A DNA stretch of 64,000 nt from Macrostomum lignano (GCA_002269645.1 NIVC01000563.1:124001-188000), one strand, 5' to 3'; positions 34,044-47,420 are shown, numbered from the stretch's first letter. Numbers and translations: made by a program. The notes: generated by a model not told the origin, from the letters alone.

Positions 34044-37000
34044 TAATTACACCTGCCCCAATCGGGCCAGATGTGCAACCGACAGCTCAGCCGCAGCTAT
34101 TGCGCGGCGCATCTGAAGGCTGCGTACGGCTGTTCAGTAAAAGGACTGGGGGGTCGCCACACACACCCTCAATTACCCAAGCTAATGCTTTTTACCCATT
34201 TTACAGCTGGGTAAACTGAAGCAATGCAGAATTAAGTGTCCTGCTCAAGGACACAAATTGTTCCTGTGGGATCGGGAATCGAACCCCCGACCTTCAAGTC
34301 GTGAGTCGGACGCTCTAACCACTAGGCTACAACTACGAGCTTAATAACTAACTATCTACATGCGACCAGATAATACGCTAGCTGGAAACCGCTCCAGCAG
34401 CTCATTGCAACAGCAAAATCCGCCCTATCTTCGCCGCCGCTCCGTACCTGCTCCCCATTATTTGTGAAGATGAACCGCTCATCGGGGGTGATGTCGCACA
34501 GCGCCGCACGCCGGTCCGGTTTGAACACGTGAATGGGCTGGCAGGTGGCCAAGTCGGCGATGATCACGGAGGACATTCGCGAGGCCACGATACAAGCAAC
34601 TAGTCGGCGAGCGACTCGAACTTTGGTGATGCGGAACATGCTCTTCTCCTCGAACGGCATGGTGTCGATCCAATTCAACGGCAGGATGTGCCCGACAAAG
34701 GAGCCATCCGAGCAGAGGTGAACCTGAGTTCGAGGACGGCGGTTATTTTACGGTAATTTGGCTATATTTTACTTGTAGCACAAGAACTCAGTTTTGCAAA
34801 ATTTCTTACGATCAGGGATTAGAAATTTAGGCTAGAGATTTAGGAGTTGGAATCTGAGCTTTAGGATTTAGGATTTGGGATTTAGGAGTTAGGAGTTAGG
34901 AGTCGGGAGTTGGGATTTAGGATTTGGAATTTGAGACTTGGGATTAGGGACTTTGGATTTGACTTGGAATTTTTGACTTGAGATCTAGGATTTGAGATTT
35001 GGCATCGGTATGATGGTTTGGGATTCGGGATTCGGGATTTAGTATTTGGGATTTGAGATTTGGCATCGGTATGATGGTTTGGGATTTGTGATTTGGGATT
35101 TAGTATTTAGGATTCGGGATTTGGAATTTGGAATTCAGGGTTCGAGATATGAGATTTTTAAGTTAGAATTTATGATTCAGTAGTAAGGATTTGGTATTGA
35201 TTTGGGTTGGATTTAAGTCTGGAGATGTGGCAACGAAATTTGGATTTAAAGCTTTTAATGGAGGATCAATTTCATATTTTTCTGCCATACACATGTACTA
35301 GGATTTTATAAAACGTTTAAGTTAAAACCTTGCTATTAGGCCACTCAGTGATGATGTGCTCTCCCGCATTTAAATTGAGTTTGCTACCTAGTCTGAATAG
35401 ATCTGAAATTCAAATTTTCTGCATATCTCATCAGTGTCCTCTAGCTGGCTTTGCCATTTGTGCCTGGCTGTCTCACTCACGGATTTTTGTACAACCCTCT
35501 CAGATTCCATTGTTTTACTATCAGATTCCATTGTTTTACTCTCAAATTCCATAGTTTTATCTCAGATTCCATTGTTTTACTCCCAGATTCCATTGTTTTA
35601 CATGTACTCTCAGATTCCATTGTTTCACTCTCCGCGTTGGTTCCGTGTCTCGCTTTCAGATTTTCTCATCTCGCTCGGAGTTTTTATCTCACTCTCGAAT
35701 CTTAGTATCTCACTCTCGAATCTAGTATCTCACTCTGAAATCTTAGCATTTCACTCTCAAATCGTAGAATCTCACTCTCAATCTCAGTATCTCCCTCTCG
35801 GACCTCTGTATCTCACCTTGAGATGGCTCCGCTTCCTGTTGTCCACCATCACGGCGTACCGCTCGTCAGCTGACAGGTGCAGCTCTCCGCTGGACGTGCG
35901 AGCCTCGCCCAGCATGGTGCCCCGTTCCAGATCGTACTTGTACAGGGACACATCGTCCTTCAATTTCACGTAAAGCGTAGCCGTTTCGGAGCTCAGGTGC
36001 ATCGACTGCAGATTGGACGGGCATTCTACGGTAGATTGGAGCGCGCTGCCTGGCAGTTTGGCATAGGAATAGCAGGGCACAAATATGTTGTGCTGGCAGC
36101 CGCGCACATCCGCCTGGCGCACCAGGTTCTTTATGTTCTTGTACTCGTGACTGTACAGCACCAGGCTGCCAGACAGCTCCGCAGCCAAGTTGTTCAAATT
36201 TTCGCCAAGAATGTCGAACGCTTTCCTGATTGTCTCCTCAACCAGGGACACCTCCGTATTGCTGGGCACGAGTTGAAAATCTCGCAGCGTCTCCTCCAGG
36301 CCGAGGGCGGCGGATTTGTAGTAGAGCCAGTCGTAGCTGAACAGTACCAGATTGTTGAGCTCGGGCACGCGGTCGGACAGGTACAGATGACGCGGCAGCT
36401 GCCGGAACTTGCGCTCGTTGTAGAAACTGCCCTGCTGACCGCCGCCGGATGTGACGCTGCCGCCAGTCTCGCCTTCGATGCTGTACATCAGCTTCTGGGT
36501 TGGCATCAGCCGGTCCGCCGAGCTGACATCGTCAGCCGAGGAGACGGTGGACACCGGCTTGCTGACGCCGTGCCAGGTGCCCAGGAAATAGTCGGCCATG
36601 GTGAAGTGCAGCGACTTGCGCAAATCGTCGGAGCTCAGGTAGCGAGCGGCCACGGCGCTCTCGACGTCGCCGTTGGCCCAGTAGTTCACGAAGTAGCCGT
36701 CGAATGAAGCCTCGTGAATGAGCAGGCGGACCTCCTGCTTCATCAGCAGCCACACGGAGCTGGGAAACTGGCGGACGCCGTCTTCGATTGGGACGAGCAT
36801 CTCGTCTAGGACGGCATCGTCCAGCGACAGCAGGTCCTTGACTTCGATGTCCGTGAGGCCGCCGCCCGACAGGCTGACGTAGGCGAACGCGTGCGACACG
36901 GCGATGCGACCGAATTTGGCTTCGAGCCGGTCGAACTCCGCGTCCAGCAGGTCGGCCAGGCCGCTGTTCGCCGGCAGGTCGGCCGGGTCGTCGCCGGAGG

Positions 37001-40000
37001 CCAGCCGGGCCAGCCGGTCGCACAGCAGCGAGGCGTGGAACATGCTTTCCAGGCCGGCCAGCCGCTGCTCAGCCCAGCGCCACTGCTCTGCCGTGAGCCG
37101 GCGGCTCCTCTCGGCCAAGTAGTGCCTGGCGAACTCACGGTAGGCGTCGGCCGACTGCGGCCCGATGTGCAGCACGCGGAGATGCGGCCCGGCCAGGCTG
37201 AGCACACTGCCTCCGGCCTCGTCTAGCGCAGTGAGCACCAGCTTCACGTTGGACGGCGGACCCCGCGGCGCCGGCACCAACGACTGCGGCGGCAGGCGGT
37301 CGCCGGCGTCGTCGACAAGGCGCTCGGCGCCAGCGATGAGCAGCACTAAGGGCCCGGCGCCGGACAGCCGGTCCACCAGCTCCTGCAGGTTGCGCGGCGG
37401 CGGCGCCGTCTGCTCGGTTGAGTTGGCGCCAGCGCCCGTGGCAACTACGCCGCCGGTGTCCAGCCGGCAGCAGGTGCGAATTTGGTTAAAGAGGCTGGCC
37501 GTCAGGTCGGAGAGGCGCCGTTCGAACATCACAACGCGCGGGATCAGGACGCCGACGGGGGACTCGCAGAGGCGCTGCTGAATCTGTCGGAGGGAGGAGG
37601 AGGGCAGTTTGCCGTCGTTGATTTTAGTGCATTGTGTACTACTGTATTCACTATGAAAAGAAAGAAATGCAAAAGATACAAATTTTTTAGCATTAGCTAA
37701 CCGGAGTTCTTAGGCAGTCGCTTTTTTCTCTTTCTCCCGTAGCTTGGTGAGCTTGTAATATCAGAAATATGAGCTGCATCTTCTCATTCCTTCCCTACTA
37801 CCTACTTCCTACCTTGGCTTATAAAGCTTAAATCCAGCTGCAGGAGCACGAAGACTCGATCACTCAACTTACTCATTTACACGACTTACTGGGTAACTAG
37901 GGGCTACATAGCTATTGCAATATATAATATATTATGTGCTCTGGAAAATAGTACTTTATAAATTATTGTTTTGTAATTCACACACCAAAACTAAAATATA
38001 GTGCAATGGTAGGATGAATCTGTGACTTATTATTTATAATATAGTTTGTTTTAGTATAGTATATCAGGTTTAGTGTACTATATAATAACTAATATTTTTA
38101 GTAAGTATGTTATTATTTTGTTTAATTTAGCTTTGTTATCTAGTTTAAACAAAATTCTAATTTATAATTCGATTTTTAGCATTAGCCAGGAAGTATCTGT
38201 GATCGTAATGACATTACTTTTGATATAGCTAACGTGACTATCATTAATAATAAATAATGAATAATGAATATTAGCCCAATATGCATGGAAATGCTAGTTA
38301 TACTGCGTATTTTATTTCTAGTAATTTTTACGATTGCCGGACGGGACCCTTTGGAATACGAGTAGTATTCAAACGCTATCGTACTATAGCTATCTAGAAA
38401 TTGTATGAAAATAAATTGACTACTTTTGCATCAAAATAAACTGCAACTATAGCAAATAACTTTGTACAGAATTTTTTTAAATATCCAGTTATCTAGTTGA
38501 AAATTGATAAACTCGCCTTGTGGGATGTCTGGTGCGCTCAATTCTTCATAGGAAATTTCTGCTTACCGCAAAAGGAAATTACATGGCCCAAGGGAATGGC
38601 ATTAGCAATATCAATAAGTGATGCAGCCGAAAAAATGAATTTAGGCATGGCTAATTAGCTTCAACTTATTAAAATAGACGCAGTGCTGATCCCTCATCGC
38701 CTATATTGTTTATTTTTGTCCTATTGCTAATTTCATTTCCTGTTTACTGTATCTGTGTCTGTGCTGCTTTTCTGTCTGTACAAATTTCCCAATCGTCACC
38801 CCATCAACCCTCAATCCAATCCACCCTCACCCCACTCAACCCTCACCCCACTCAACCCTCACCCCAATCAACCCTCACCCCAATCAACCCTCACCCCAAT
38901 CAACCCTCACCCCAATCAACCCTCACACAAATCCACCCTCACCTCAATCAACCCTCACACAAATCCACCCTCACCCCACTCAACCTGCACCTCACTCAAC
39001 CCTCACCCCAATCAACCCTCACCCCACTCAACCCTCACCCCAATCAACCCTCACCCCAATCAACCCTCACCCCAATCAACCCTCACCCCAATCAACCCTC
39101 ACCCCAATCAACCCTCACCTCAATCAACCCTCACCCCAATCAACCCTCACCTCAATCAACCCTCACACAAATCCACCCTCACCCCACTCAACCTGCACCT
39201 CACTCAACCCTCACCCCAATCAACCCTCACCCCACTCAACCCTCACCCCAATCAACCCTCACCCCAATCAACCCTCACCCCAATCAACCCTCACCCCAAT
39301 CAACCCTCACCCCAATCAACCCTGACCTCAATCAATCCTCACCTCAATCAACCCTCACACAAATCCACCCTCACCCCACTCAACCTGCACCTCACTCAAC
39401 CCTCACCCCACTCAACCCTCACCCCAATCAACCCTCACCCCAATCAACCCTCACCCCAATCAACCCTCACCCCAATCAACCCTCACCCCAATCAACCCTC
39501 ACCCCAATCAACCCTCACCCCAATCAACCCTCACCTCAATCAACCCTCACCTCAATCAACCCTCACACAAATCCACCCTCACCCCACTCAACCTGCACCT
39601 CACTCAACCCTCACCCCACTCAACCCTCACCCCAATCAACCCTCACCCCAATCAACCCTCACCCCAATCAACCCTCACTCCAATCAACCCTCACCCCAAT
39701 CAACCCTCACCCCAATCAACCCTCACCCCAATCAACCCTCACACGAATCAACCCTCACCCCAATCAACCCTCACCCCAATCAACCCTCACCCCAATCAAC
39801 CCTCACACGAATCAACCCTCACCCCACTCAACCCTCACCCCACTCAACCCTCACCCCACTCAACCCTCACCCCAACCCTAATCACATCTGCATCGGATGA
39901 CTAATCAAGCCAGTCAACCTCACCTCAATAAAAGCCTGAGCAATAGCGGGCATCTTGCCAGTGTTCTGGCCGCCCAACAGTAGATAGGTATAGTTCTGCC

Positions 40001-43000
40001 TGGCCGAAAAGTCCACGCAGTATTCAACCACGGCCTCAATAGTGGCCTCCTGTCGAAGGCTGAACGGAGCAAGCAGTCGGCAGTGCTCCAAGCTGGTCCA
40101 GGCGTCGTCAAAGACGCGGACAACCTCACTGTCGGCGTGCATCTGTTTTCCAGCTAGCCGACTCTCGACGGCTGTCTTGGCAGCTTCGATGAAAGCTTCG
40201 CAGAAGTCGCCGAGGTATTCTTCGTGTAGGCGCTTGTCGATGCCGTCTGGAAAGCGCCACAGGACGGAGAATTGGCGATCAACGCTAGCGTAGGTGGTTA
40301 AACGATCGTTGAGCTCCTGGAGCAGGTCAGCCAGGCTTTTGTCGATCAGGTAACGATCGTTCTCTTCGTCAAGCTCAACGTCAGTGTACAGATCCGCCTT
40401 TGGCTCGTTCAGGTAGTTTTTCAAGTCAATTATGTCGCGCTCGAATACGATAGGACGGAACTGGGTCAGGTCGGAGTGGCTCAACAGGTGCGAGATACCG
40501 GCGTCCAGCTCTGGATGGTGTCGGTTAATGTGGTGGGCGATTTGGTGCAAAGTGTGCTAACAGTTGTAGCTGGCAATGACTATTTGGGGGCGAGGGTTGA
40601 GTGGGGTGAGGGTTGACTGGGGTGAGGGTTGACTGGGGTGAGGGTTGACTTGGGGTGAAGGTTGAATGGGGTGAGGGTTGAGTGGGGTGAGGGTTGAGTG
40701 GGGTGAGGGTTGAGTGGGTGAGGGTTGAGTGGGGTGAGGGTTGAGTGGGGTGAGGGTTGAGTGTGGTGAGGGTTGAGTGGGGTGAGGGTTGAGTGGGGTG
40801 AGGGTTGAGTGGGGTGAGGGTTGAGTGGGGTGAGGGTTGAGTGGGGTGAGGGTTGATTGGGGTGAGGGTTGAGTGGGGTGAGGGTTGAGTGGAGTGAGGG
40901 TTGAGTGGGGTGAGGGTTGAGTGGGGTGAGGGTTGACTGGGGTGAGGGTTGAGTGGGGTGAGGGTTGAGTGGGGTGAGGGTTGAGTGGGGTGAGGGTTGA
41001 GTGGGGTGAGGGTTGAGTGGGGTGAGGTTTGAGTGGGGTGCGGGTTGAGTGGGGTGAGGGTAGCTAGAATTGAATGCGTCAATCATGAAAAAGTGCACGC
41101 AACAGCCAAACGTTTCCCAGCCCCTTGGAAATGAGCGACTCCGAGCCCGGGCCAGCCGCTGTGTATTAGGAAGCAGTCAATTTGTGACTGATCTATCGTT
41201 TGGCAGAATCAGTTTGTTTAAAGTCCGAGCAGCCACTCACTCTGTCAGGTATGCTTATCTTGACCGATGCTTGCGGCTCAGGAGACTCCAGTTGCTTTGA
41301 GAAAAATATTGAGGGAAGAAGTTCTGGGGAAAGTAAGTTAATCTGTGAGCAAGCAGTGTCGCTCGTGTGGACACTGCTGTAACGTTTTAATTAATAAATG
41401 CATACAGAGACTGGGGCTTGCTAGTTTGGAGAAATTTTCGACAGAACTATGTTAGAAATATGCAATACAAAGTAAGCGAAGCAGGTACTAAGAATAAAAG
41501 CAACTATATCGATTCGTGTTCACCACTGCTGCATTGTTACTGACTTGCAAAGGCTGATTAATTCCACTACCCAGCTTCATGGACTCGTTTTTAGACACTG
41601 CATGGTGTCTATCTGAGCTTCTGCAAGACTGGATTTAGCGCGATTTGAATCTTTAGATCTACATAGGGTTTCTCCAAGCTTTTTGTAACTAACTGACAGT
41701 GTCCAGATACAATAGACAGTCTCTAAATCTGACAGTCTCTGGAGATTTAACTGATCACCTTTAGATCTAAGTGACAGTCTCTAGATTTAATAGACGCCCT
41801 TTAGATCTAACTGACTGTCTCTGGATTTAATAGACGCCCTTTAGATCTAACTGACTGTCTCTAGATGTAAATCTATAATCTCTATGTATAACTGATAGCC
41901 TCTATATCTAAATAGCAGCCTTTAGATCTAAATGACAGCCTATAGATCAAGCTGACAGTCTCTAGGTCTAACTGACATTGTAGAGCTGACAACCTTATTA
42001 GTAACACTGACAGCCTCTAGATGTAACTGACAGTCTTATGATGTAACTGACAGCCTCTAGATGTAACTGACAGTCTTATGATGTAACTGACAGCCTCTAG
42101 ATGTAACTGACAGTCTTATGATGTAACTGACAGCCTCTAGATCTACATGTAGTAGCTGTCTAAGTCTCTAAGTCTCTAGACCTTTAGATCTGGTGCACTT
42201 TCTCAAGCTTTAAGTAGATGGCTAAGATCTATCTGACTGAAATTCTGAATCAAACAATGTCTAAACAGCGAAACAGTCTCTAAGACAAAATTTGCAAACA
42301 TGCCATGCAAATTCTATCGTCTCTTGGTTTGAATTTCTGAATTTCTGAAGAGACATGGGAAACTGTTGAAGACTAATCGAACTGATTAATATTGGGATAA
42401 CAGAGCGGCAGGTTTAATCCCTTTTAAGCCTGGAATTCGCAGCGCTGGAATCATATTTTTATGTCTTCCACCGGATTAAAAACTTCCTCTTAAAGAGCTG
42501 CGCGAGACAGGATATTAGCTGAGGAGATTTCTCTGCACCCAACTGACCAAATAGATTATATGGGTGGGCAAGCTTTGTGCGAGATCAGGCCAGGATTTTG
42601 TCTATAAGACATCCTTCTTCAGGCTTTTATGTCATCTCGCTGTCCTCTCGTCTCTTGTCTGCTCCGGTTTGCTCTCGCCCAGCGCGGGCCTGAGCTGGGC
42701 TGGGGATTCTCGCCTCTTCTCAACTGGCTTTCCGCTCAGACTGCTTCTAAACTGCTTGCAGCCCCTCAGGCAGAGTTGCTTGCTCTCTTCTGCACCACGT
42801 TTTGGCGGTCTGGCAATTCAAATCTGCTTTAAATTTATTGTCAAAATATCTGCTCTGGCTGACTTTCAGCTGCTTGACTGCCTTTAGAGCCTTTAGAGTG
42901 TCTTTAGTGTGTCTTTAGTGTGTCTTTAGTGTGTCTTTAGAGTGTCTTTAGTGTGCCTTTAGTATCTTTAGAGTCTTTAGAGTGTCTTTAGAGTTCCTTT

Positions 43001-46000
43001 AGAGTTAAGTGTTTTTAGCTCGTAGTGTCTTAAGTGCTTTGTATCTTTGTATCTCATTGTCCATAGCATCTTCAATTATCTTAGTATCTCGGAGTCCCCA
43101 GTGCCTTGACTTTCCAGTGTCTCAATGCATAGAGTCGAGTGTCTCTGTGTCTCAATGTCTTAGTGTCATTAGTGTCCATGTGTTCCCCTGAGCCAGACAT
43201 GGTAGCCGAACCCGTCTAGAAGTGCATGCATTAATTTGAAATTTGAGGCTTCTGTAAAAGGTAACTAATAGAAACCGGCGTTCTCTTAGACATAATCTGA
43301 TTGATACTAATTAGGAAGCCATTGACATGCCCTAATTTAACTCTGGACGTCAAAAGCGAACCACTGCCTCATGGCAGCCGCAAGAGTTCGCCTTACCAAA
43401 GGTGAGGATCTCGAACGCGGTCTGATCGTCCATGGTGCCCTCCCGCAGGCAGATGCCCACCCCGATCTTAAACAGATTTGCCAACAGCCTGGCCGTGAAT
43501 TTCCACTCGGCTAATGCCGACGCTTTGGCTTCGGGATCCTCGCCGACAATGTCCGGCAGCTGGCGACTGGCTGGAAGCAGCACGTGCTCGGTGTCGCCGT
43601 CAGGACATTCGGCGTTGTCGTCGCGGCGGTACCAGGAGTCCAGGATGTAGTACTGCGCCGTCAGCGGGTTCCGGTGGGCGCGCAGGGTGGCGCGGATCAG
43701 ATCGAAGGCGCGGCTGGGCAACCGTCGGGGCAGCAGCGGCAGGCCGAACTTTTGGCCGAGGAGAATCTGAGGGGGGAAATTGACTGCTTCAGCTGGGAGT
43801 TCAGCTGCTTCAAGTGGGATTTCAGTTGCTTCAGGTGGAGGGTTCAGTTGCTTTAAGTGGAGGTTCAGTTGCTTCAGGTGGGGATTTCAGTAGCTTCAGG
43901 TGGGGATTTCAGTAGCTTCAGGTGGGGATTTCAGTAGCTTCAGGTGGGATTTCAGTTGCTTCAGGTGGGGAGTTCAGTTGCTTCAGGTGGGGATTTCAGT
44001 TGCTTCAGGTGGGGATTTCAGTTGCTTCAGGTGGAAATTGCAGTTCAGTGAAAGGTGAGGATTTCAGTGATATGTCAGTAGAATTTCAGTGGCATTTCAG
44101 CGGGATTTCAATGGGATTTCTATGACTTCTTTGACTTCTCCCTTGAGAGAGGATTAAGGTGCCTCCGATTTATAAATTGCAGTCAATTCGTTCAATTTCG
44201 TCTTAAAAGTCTGTTTTTAGCAGACTGAGCTACCCTTTAAGGAAGTTACAAATTCATAACAATTGTTCATTTTTGAGTGCTGTTTTCACTTGGATTGAAT
44301 AGAATGAATCAGACGGAACAACTGTTAGCTGGAAACAATCTTAATTCTAAGAAATGAATCTATTTCCAATCAAATCGAGTGAATTTTTCTGCGGACTAAG
44401 CCGAGTGCTCAGAGGATCGGTAACTGGGACTCCAAATTGGCTTAAGGACTTCCGTCTGTGCCATCTGTCTGCTTGCTGTTTCTTCGCAAAACTATGTTAA
44501 ATTCTCTCATTTATTTTTAAACTACTTTTAGTAGGTGTAGAGCCTTTTACTGATATGAATCTTGATAAAAACATTCAAGAACGGGAACTAATTATATTGG
44601 GACTTTCAGCAACATGATAACAACTCAAGACTGACAACTGAAAACTCACCACAGGCACAGAATGTGACAACTCACCACAGGCACAGAATGTGACAACTCA
44701 CCACTGGCACAGAATGTGACAACTCACCACTGGCACAGAATGTGACAACTCACCACTGGCACAGAATGTGACAACTCACCACTGGCACAGAATGTGACAA
44801 CTCACCACTGGCACAGAATGTGACAACTCACCACTGGCACAGAATGTGACAACTCACCACTGGCACAGAATGTGACAACTCACCACAGGCACAGAATGTG
44901 ACAACTCACCACTGGCACAGAATGTGACAACTCACCACAGGCACAGAATGTGACAACTCACCACTGGCACAGAATGTGACAACTCACCACTGGCACAGAA
45001 TGTGACAACTCACCACTGGCACAGAATGTGACAACTCACCACGGGCACAGAATGTAACAACTTACCACAGGCACAGAATGTGACAACTCACCACTGGCAC
45101 AGAATGTGACAACTCACCACAGGCACAGAATGTGACAACTCACCACGGGCACAGAATGTGACAACTCACCACAGGCACAGAATGTGACAACTCACCACTG
45201 GCACAGAATGTGACAACTCACCACTGGCACAGAATGTGACAACTCACCACGGGCACAGAATGTAACAACTTACCACAGGCACAGAATGTGACAACTCACC
45301 ACTGGCACAGAATCGTGCGAAGCGAAAGCAAACTTTCGCTTGATGTCGTGAAACAAATCCCAATAGTCCAGCTCGTCATAGTTGACCTTTTCAAGGCCTA
45401 GTTTGATGTCCACGCCCTGGGTTAACAAAAAAGCAATCAGGAATTTATATGACATAAAAGTCAGGTTTCTAAGAATAAATTCTCAATTTAAACTCACTCG
45501 AAACTGCAATCCGTAGGTGTTTCTGAAGTACTCGTACAGCCGTGGATAGGCCTCGTTTCTGAGAACTTCGCGCTCCTTTTCAAAATCTGAAAACGAATAA
45601 AAATTACTTGAAAATGTAAAGGGCACATTGTAAAAAGTTGAATAGCCTATGGCTGCATTGGACAGAGCTAGCTAAATAGTCTATGGTAGCCTCAGTCCCA
45701 GAGTGACTGTCTGTACAAGCTGCATTGGACAGAGCTAGCTAAATAGTCTATGGTAGCCTCAGTCCCAGAGTGACTGTCTGTACAAGCTGCATTGGACAGA
45801 GCTAGCTAAATAGTCTATGGTAGCCTCAGTCCCAGAGTGACTGTCTGTACAAGCTGCATTGGACAGAGCTAGCTAAATAGTCTATGGTAGCCTCAGTCCC
45901 AGAGTGACTGTCTGTACAAGCTGCATTGGACAGAGCTAGCTAAATAGTCTATGGTAGCCTCAGTCCCAGAGTGACTGTCTGTACAAGCTGCATTGGACAG

Positions 46001-46323
46001 AGCTAGCTAAATAGTCTATGGTAGCCTCAGTCCCAGAGTGACTGTCTGTACAAGCTGCATTGGACAGAGCTAGCTAAACAGTCTATGGCACCTTAAGTCC
46101 CGTAGTGACTGTCTGTCCAAGCTGCTGACTATATCTAAATAGAATGCAAAAGGATACATAGTCTATGGTAATCTATGGTAACCAATCCAAATGCATGGTA
46201 CAATTTAACCCACTCACCCGAGAATGCCGATATGATGCAGAACGTGATGCTTCGCGGACTGACTGTTGGCAGGCTCGACAGAGGCAGCCGGCCGCTGCAC
46301 AGCTGGACGAAACCTTGCTCCAT
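30922..46323 (-). CDS. nwd2: NACHT- and WD40-repeat protein (NWD2-like; N-terminal DUF4062-like, STAND/NACHT-like, winged helix, WD40), about 1828 aa, C-terminal CaaX
   Basis: Exons 46323-46218, 45586-45498, 45416-45300, 43766-43397, 41323-41241, 40556-39924, 37583-35817, 34723-34448, 33836-32515, 31645-30922. The total of 5487 nt is an uninterrupted frame. NWD-family motifs: SAFSDFEKEREVLRNEAYPRL, ILLGQKFG, VSHAFAYVSLSGGGLTDIEVKDLLSLDDAVL, RKSLHFTMADYFLGTW, YNERKFRQLPRHL, FSYDWLYYK. These are followed by beta-propeller-like repeats. The symbol indicates family resemblance only. Confidence 0.85.
34006..34335 (-). mobile_element. tRNA-derived CORE-like SINE, family 1, copy B
   Basis: Its reverse complement aligns along the full length with 8562-8880, including the A/B boxes, the CORE-like block, GCAGCCTTCAGATGCGCCGCGCAATAGCTGCGGCTGAGCTG and the (ATT)n tail at 34006-34048. 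Confidence 0.85.
34850..35220. repeat. GGATTT/GGGATT low-complexity repeat
   Basis: Read directly. Confidence 0.75.
38800..39880 (+). repeat. 16-bp C-rich minisatellite (CCCTCACCCCAATCAA)
   Basis: Read directly; an inverted copy lies at 40586-41060. Confidence 0.95.
40586..41060 (-). repeat. 16-bp G-rich minisatellite (GGGTTGAGTGGGGTGA), inverted relative to 38800-39880
   Basis: Reverse complement of the 38800 unit. Confidence 0.95.
41690..42150. repeat. Degenerate minisatellite of about 20 bp (GTAACTGACAGCCTCTAGAT)
   Basis: Read directly. Confidence 0.75.
43790..44040. repeat. 22-bp minisatellite (GGGGATTTCAGTTGCTTCAGGT)
   Basis: Read directly. Confidence 0.85.
44645..45313. repeat. 26-bp minisatellite (GCACAGAATGTGACAACTCACCACTG), about 25 copies, a tandem amplification of an exon-intron junction
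   Basis: The terminal copy overlaps the end of NWD exon 45416-45300 and its GTGAGT donor. Confidence 0.95.
45650..46125. repeat. Minisatellite of about 67 bp, about 7 copies
   Basis: Unit GCTGCATTGGACAGAGCTAGCTAAATAGTCTATGGTAGCCTCAGTCCCAGAGTGACTGTCTGTACAA. Confidence 0.9.
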
Positions 46324-46727
46324 GGCTCACGAGGGGGGAGATTCTACCTGTAGACCGACTTATAGGGGATAATTCTTGACGATTATCCCACGCTAAGACA
46401 CCGAAGTAAATTATAGGTGATACAAGTTATTCGTACCTTAATTTCAACAGTATTGCTAGCTATGTGTTCTACCGGCGTCTCTCTCTCTCCCGCTCAGTTG
46501 TTGCTAAGGGCGATGAGTACATTTGCCTAGGGTGAATACGCAAGCGTACAGGAAAACGCGAATCAGGGTTGGCGGGTATGGGGGGAGAGACAGGCAGAGA
46601 AGAGCAGTGCGTGCGCTGCCGGTTGCTATGACACTGGGCCAACCCCAGCCTACCCGCTATGCTGAGCGAGAGAGGACAGAGCAGATGTACGCAAGGGCCT
46701 CATGGCTGCTCAGTGCAGAGCAGAGAA

Positions 46728-46761
<34 letters not shown>

Positions 46762-46984
46762 AAGCAGCGTGGCTTTTCCTGTTGCAGAAACGTGCAAAGC
46801 AATCACAGATGATGCTCTATGCTACAGCGAAAACATTGCTGGCTATAACTCACTGCTACTGAAAGTAGGCATATCATAGTCTCGTGATAGGCATATCATA
46901 TGCTCCTGTTAGGGTGGCATTCGACTAAGAACATTAAACTGAGATGCAAACACCAACTTTCAAGATCCTTAGGCTAAGATGTCT

Positions 46985-47420
46985 CCCTCCCAGATCCCCA
47001 GTTGCTGGGCCAGTCTCCCAGATTCCCAGTTGCTGGGCCATCGCCCTCCCAGATCCCCAGTTGCTGGGCCAGCCTCCCAGATCCTCAGTTGCTGGGCCAG
47101 CCTCCCAGATCTTCAGTTGCTAGGCCAGCCTCCAACATCCTCAGTTGCTGGGCCAGCCTCCCAGATCCTCAGTTGCTGGGCCAGCCTCCCACATCCTCAG
47201 TTGCTGGGCCAGCCTCCCAGATCCTCAGTTACTGGGCCAGCCTCCCAGATCCCCAGTTGCTGGGCCAGCCTCCCAGATCCCCAGTTGCTGGGCCAGCCTC
47301 CCAGATCCCCAGTTGCTGGGCCAGCCTCCCAGATCCCCAGTTGCTGGGCCAGCCTCCCAGATCCCCAGTTGCTGGGCCATCCTCCCAGATCCCCAGTTGC
47401 TGGGCCAGCCTCCCAGATAA
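46985..47420. repeat. Minisatellite of about 28 bp (CTCCCAGATCCYCAGTTGCTGGGCCAGC); a second array of the same family lies at 53838-54455
   Basis: Read directly at both loci, in the same orientation. Confidence 0.92.

Noticed and set aside
30922-37700. Numerous overlapping and antisense ORFs over GC-rich exons (also in the LRRK and CPS exons)
   Set aside because: Expected from high GC and codon bias; no recognisable domains.
43350-43396. Extension of the NWD exon to GKANSCGCHEAV as implied by the ORF track
   Set aside because: A strong phase-1 GTAAGG donor at 43396 joins in frame to a small exon at 41323-41241, which restores phase with the next exon.
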